A stretch of DNA of 36,310 nt. Source: a virus. Taxonomy: Duplodnaviria > Caudoviricetes. Every line of letters starts with the position of its first letter. Position 1 is the first letter of the stretch. A program made the translations under genes and the position numbers. Positions 32,785 to 36,310 of the stretch are shown one piece after another. The notes beneath the pieces are model-generated. The model saw only the letters and a program-made list of their open reading frames with translations, did no database searches and had not been told where the DNA came from. Location: the IMG/VR virus record IMGVR_UViG_3300012940_000058, positions 1 to 36,310 of that record; one strand, written 5' to 3'.

Positions 32785-35060
32785 GAAGCCACCTCGTCCA
32801 GGTCGAACAACGTCGGGACCTTGCCGGCGTGGACCGCCGCCGCAAGGTTCTGCTGCGCCGATCGCCAATAGCTCTCCTTGAGTTCGATTCCCACGTATCG
32901 CCGGTTGAGTTTCAGCGCCACATAGCCAGTCGAGCCGATCCCGTTGAACGGATCCAAGACGAGATCTCCAGGAGCGCTCCACAGCTTCACCGCGCGCTCG
33001 ATCACCCCGAGCTGCAGCGGAGCGAGGTGGCGTTCGTCGTCCGTCTCCCGCGCCTGCCGGACGTTGAGCACGTCCGTCTCTCGGATACCGCCGGGGACGC
33101 CCTGACGATGCCGATACCAGACCGGCGATGCCCACTCGATCCACTCCTCTTCGGTGATCCATCCGCCCGACGGGTTGTATCTAGGCGAGATCCCGGCGTG
33201 GATCGGGGTCGGGTTGGCTCCCGGCTTGCGGAAGTAGATGAGGTAGTCGGCGAGGGCCATCCGCATCACGCTCGAGTCCTGCGCCAGTGACTTGAAAAGC
33301 AGGCCACGTTCCTTGTTGCGGACCGCCTGCACCTGCGGGTTCTTCTCGATCGTCACCTCACCGGCGAACTCGAACCCCTCCTCCTCGAAGAGCTGGATCA
33401 CGCGACCGCGGTAATCCTTGAGACCGATGTACCCGTCACGCCCCTTCATCGCCGTAAGTTGGCAGAGGTGGATCGCGGCGAGGCGTCCGGGCATCAGCAC
33501 CCGGAGCAGTCCCGGGAGCAGGTAACGGAACTGCGCGATCATCTCGTCGATGTGCGTCACGTTTCCCATGTCATGTGACGAGTTCGTGTACGCGTACATG
33601 CCCGGGAATGGCGGCGACGTTACGATCAGCCCGACCGAGTCGTCCGCGATGCACGCCGGGTCAGCTGTCACCTGCACCGAGTCGCCGAGGTGGAGCGTCC
33701 AGCCGTCACCGGTGGCGACATCCTCCCGATAGGTCATCTCGTCATGCATCGCCCCGCTCACGTCCTGCTCGACCGAAACATGCCGAACGACCTGCGCCAT
33801 CATGTCTGCAGCATCACGCTCTTTGCGCTCGATGTTGCGCACGACGGCCCCTTCGCGTTCCGCAGTGATGACGTGAACATCTACCGGCGAGCGCTGCCCG
33901 AACCGCCAGCAGCGACGGACGGCCTGATAGAACTGCTCGAACGAGTCGGAGAGCCCCACAAACACCATGCGATGGCAGTGCTGCCAGTTCAGACCGAACC
34001 CTGCGATCGAGGGCTTGCTGACGATCACCCGGTAGGTGCCGTTTGCAAAGCCGGCGAGTGCGCGCTCCTTATGCTCGATCGAGTCCGATCCCTTCACCTC
34101 GATCGCGTCGGGGATGGCACGAGCGAGCGACTCGGACTCTGCGTTGAGGTCGCACCAGACCACCCACGATTCGTCACTCGCGTTGATCATCGCCGCCGCG
34201 CGGGCGACGCGCTCGGCCACCGACTCACGCCGTGCGGCCTGTCGCTCCTGGAGCGAGAGCGCCTCCATCGGGATCAGCGTCCCAGGGACGAGGCTCGCGG
34301 CGGCAACCGTCTCCTGATGGATCGTCAGCGGCGGTAAGGCGAAGTCCCCATCGTCGTACCCGAGATCCGCCGGCGAGCGAACTGCCAGCGCCCACGTCGC
34401 CATCCAGCGCCAGAAGTCTTCGCGCGCGTGCCCCTTGAGCCGCCAGTTGTGCGTCGTGTTGCCGTCCTGTGTGAAGAAGAGCGCGATGATCTCCTTGCCC
34501 GACATCACGTCGAGGAACTCGGCGTGGTTGGTGATCTCGATCAGATCGTTCGGTGCCGGCGTCGCCGTGCAGGCGAGTCGGTACGGGATCGAGGCCGCGA
34601 ACTCGTTGATCTGGTGGCGCACCTTGGAGTTGAATCCCTTGATGGCACTGGACTCGTCGAGCACGATCGCACCGAACTCCTTCGGATCAAAGAGATGCAG
34701 TCGCTCGTAGTTCGTGATGTTGATCCCCGGTCGCACGTCATCCGCATCGCGGCAGATCGTGACCGCCAGTCCGATCCGCGCTCCTTCCGCAACGGTCTGC
34801 TGCGAGACTGCGAGCGGCGCGAGGATCAGGACGTTCTCCTTCGCGTGCTCCGCGATGATCCGGGCCCATTCCAGCTGCATCAGCGTCTTGCCGAGGCCAG
34901 TGTTGGCAAAGATCGCCGCGCGTCCACGTCGCGTAGCCCAGCGCACGATGTCGCGCTGGAACGGGAACAGGAACGGGTTGATGTCATCGCGATCGATGTC
35001 AAAGCCAACGGGGTGGAAGCCGATACGCTTCGCTTCTAGGAACTGCTCGTATGTCCTCAT
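32781..35060 (-). CDS. SNF2-like helicase fused to an N4/N6 DNA methyltransferase
   Basis: Start ATG 35060. Helicase motifs TGLGKT, LDESS, TATP, GFGLNWQ and QAVRRCWRFGQ; methyltransferase motifs TSPPF then DPFNGIGST (beta-class order). Confidence 0.9.
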   Translation of the reverse strand: MRTYEQFLEAKRIGFHPVGFDIDRDDINPFLFPFQRDIVRWATRRGRAAIFANTGLGKTLMQLEWARIIAEHAKENVLILAPLAVSQQTVAEGARIGLAVTICRDADDVRPGINITNYERLHLFDPKEFGAIVLDESSAIKGFNSKVRHQINEFAASIPYRLACTATPAPNDLIEITNHAEFLDVMSGKEIIALFFTQDGNTTHNWRLKGHAREDFWRWMATWALAVRSPADLGYDDGDFALPPLTIHQETVAAASLVPGTLIPMEALSLQERQAARRESVAERVARAAAMINASDESWVVWCDLNAESESLARAIPDAIEVKGSDSIEHKERALAGFANGTYRVIVSKPSIAGFGLNWQHCHRMVFVGLSDSFEQFYQAVRRCWRFGQRSPVDVHVITAEREGAVVRNIERKERDAADMMAQVVRHVSVEQDVSGAMHDEMTYREDVATGDGWTLHLGDSVQVTADPACIADDSVGLIVTSPPFPGMYAYTNSSHDMGNVTHIDEMIAQFRYLLPGLLRVLMPGRLAAIHLCQLTAMKGRDGYIGLKDYRGRVIQLFEEEGFEFAGEVTIEKNPQVQAVRNKERGLLFKSLAQDSSVMRMALADYLIYFRKPGANPTPIHAGISPRYNPSGGWITEEEWIEWASPVWYRHRQGVPGGIRETDVLNVRQARETDDERHLAPLQLGVIERAVKLWSAPGDLVLDPFNGIGSTGYVALKLNRRYVGIELKESYWRSAQQNLAAAVHAGKVPTLFDLDEVAS

Positions 35061-35893
35061 CGGTGTGATCCTTCTTCCCGCAGATCTGGCCCCGTCACCG
35101 GGATCACCTTGGCCTTCTCGAGGAGCCGCGATATGATGCGCGGTCCGACTGTCTCCTCGAGTTGTTCGATATTCAGGTTGCTTGTCACGATGGTCGGCAG
35201 CTTTGCCTCGTACCGACTGTTGACGATCAGGTAGAGCTGTTCGGCCGCCCATTCCGAGAGCTTTTCGGTGCCGAAGTCGTCAAGCAGGAGGACGTTTGTA
35301 CGCTGCAGCGATCGCAGCGTGTAGGTCGGCTCCTCCGCTCCATTCGGTCGCAGCCCCGCCAGGAGCGCAGGCACCGATCCCCACCGCACCGCGAGGCCCG
35401 TCCGGTGGAGCTCACGCAGGGCGCCGTATGCCAGTCCGGTCTTGCCGCGCCCGGTCGTGCCGAGGAGCACAAGGTTCGGCCCGTCTGTCACTCGAGGCGG
35501 GAGTCCCGCGTCGCCGAACGGCACCGAGAACTCGACCGCTCCGAGCCATGCCCGCACCTTCGCGGCGAGCTCGGCCTGCGGATGCGTGTCGAGACTCAGC
35601 CCTCGGAACCGAGGTGGCACAAGCCGCTCCCAGGCGGCCTCGTTGTCGAGCGCGACCTGGCGCGCCCGCCCGATCGCACACGTCTTGCAGGTCTCGCCAT
35701 CGCGATCCGGCGGATACCCCGTGTCACCGCACTCAGCACAGTGCACCGTCGGCAACCACCCGTAGGTTCGGCAACGATCCGCTCGACGCTGCACCCACGC
35801 AGCTCGCAACGCCTCGATGCGGCTGCGGGAGGTGTTCACCACGTCGCCGATATGCTGCATACGGCCCGTTCGTTCTGTGTCGTGTGTGTTCAT
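35057..35893 (-). CDS. DnaC/IstB-like ATPase (helicase loader-like)
   Basis: Walker A GTTGRGKT, Walker B LLLDDFGTE, PTIVTSN, RIISRL, GPDLR; N-terminal CAEC...CKTC. Start ATG 35893. Confidence 0.9.
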   Translation of the reverse strand: MNTHDTERTGRMQHIGDVVNTSRSRIEALRAAWVQRRADRCRTYGWLPTVHCAECGDTGYPPDRDGETCKTCAIGRARQVALDNEAAWERLVPPRFRGLSLDTHPQAELAAKVRAWLGAVEFSVPFGDAGLPPRVTDGPNLVLLGTTGRGKTGLAYGALRELHRTGLAVRWGSVPALLAGLRPNGAEEPTYTLRSLQRTNVLLLDDFGTEKLSEWAAEQLYLIVNSRYEAKLPTIVTSNLNIEQLEETVGPRIISRLLEKAKVIPVTGPDLREEGSHR

Positions 35894-36309
35894 CTGCCGC
35901 TCCCTGTTGCTCGCCGGCCGCGCTCGCCGAGCCAATCAACGTCTGTTCCGTCGCCTGTGTGGATCTGCATGTTCCTGGGCTGCCGCGGCGGCGGCATCGC
36001 GCGCGGCTTCGGCTCGGATTTCTCCGGGCGCCCCTCCGCCACCCAGCGCGTAAACGCCTTGATCACGTCCGAGATCGCCGGTGGCGTCTCGCGCCACCCC
36101 TGCGAGCAGACGTACCTGGTGCACGCCTCGAAGTCCGCCGGCGTCGGCACGTCGTGCGGGATCACCCCGCCGTCCTTGAGCTGCCGAAACCCGACCGTCC
36201 GGCCGATCTCGGCCTCGGCGCTGTCGGGATCGAGCCCGATCCCGCGACACCACGCCGCGTACAGCTCGAGTCGTCGGGCGTGTTCGGCGTCGGATCTGAG
36301 TTGCCGAGG
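35890..36309 (-). CDS. Partial gene (5' end outside window), probable replication initiator C-terminus
   Basis: The frame of ORF 35890..36165 stays open to the window edge; ATGA-coupled to the DnaC-like gene. Product is inferred from gene order only. Confidence 0.5.
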   Translation of the reverse strand, partial: PRQLRSDAEHARRLELYAAWCRGIGLDPDSAEAEIGRTVGFRQLKDGGVIPHDVPTPADFEACTRYVCSQGWRETPPAISDVIKAFTRWVAEGRPEKSEPKPRAMPPPRQPRNMQIHTGDGTDVDWLGERGRRATGSGR

Positions 36310-36310
36310 A

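Noticed and set aside
31630-33162. Extended N-termini given by the ORF track (dnaN 33162; also 5750, 16183, 16760, 25124, 29309, 31625, 35252)
   Set aside because: Most extensions overlap upstream genes (the 25124 one lies in the terS leader hairpin); the shorter starts have SDs or ATGA/TGATG coupling.
35057-35893. IS21 element suggested by the IstB-like ATPase
   Set aside because: No IstA transposase or terminal inverted repeats; the context fits a phage DnaC-like loader.
1-36310. Integrase, att sites or genome termini
   Set aside because: None are visible and both ends cut through genes, so prophage versus free phage cannot be decided from this window.

Overview
This window is a GC-rich, long-tailed (siphovirus-like) phage or prophage segment in which all credible genes lie on the minus strand, and it is cut at both ends. 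Read right to left it contains: (1) a replication/early block (partial initiator-like gene, DnaC/IstB-like ATPase, SNF2-helicase/DNA-methyltransferase fusion, full-length DnaN-like clamp, VRR-NUC nuclease, three tandem paralogues, DUF4326-like, MazG-like and J-domain proteins, an XRE-type HTH protein and an HExxH peptidase); (2) packaging and head genes (TerS, TerL, portal, MuF, scaffold, decoration protein, major capsid); (3) neck and tail genes, including a -1 frameshifted tail chaperone and a 1735-aa tape measure protein (TMP) with 23-aa and 43-aa repeats; (4) a lysis module with a two-domain endolysin, followed by a partial SGNH-hydrolase-like gene. The most notable signal is regulatory. 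The larger late intergenic gaps hold structured leaders, four of them behind a -10-like box. A conserved ~60-nt hairpin that buries the Shine-Dalgarno (SD) sequence occurs twice, before the TMP gene and before the next tail gene. Two small Mu Com-like zinc-ribbon genes sit directly upstream of structured leaders. This suggests, by inference only, a multi-target translational activation circuit for virion genes. All product calls come from motif recognition and gene order; no database searches were run.
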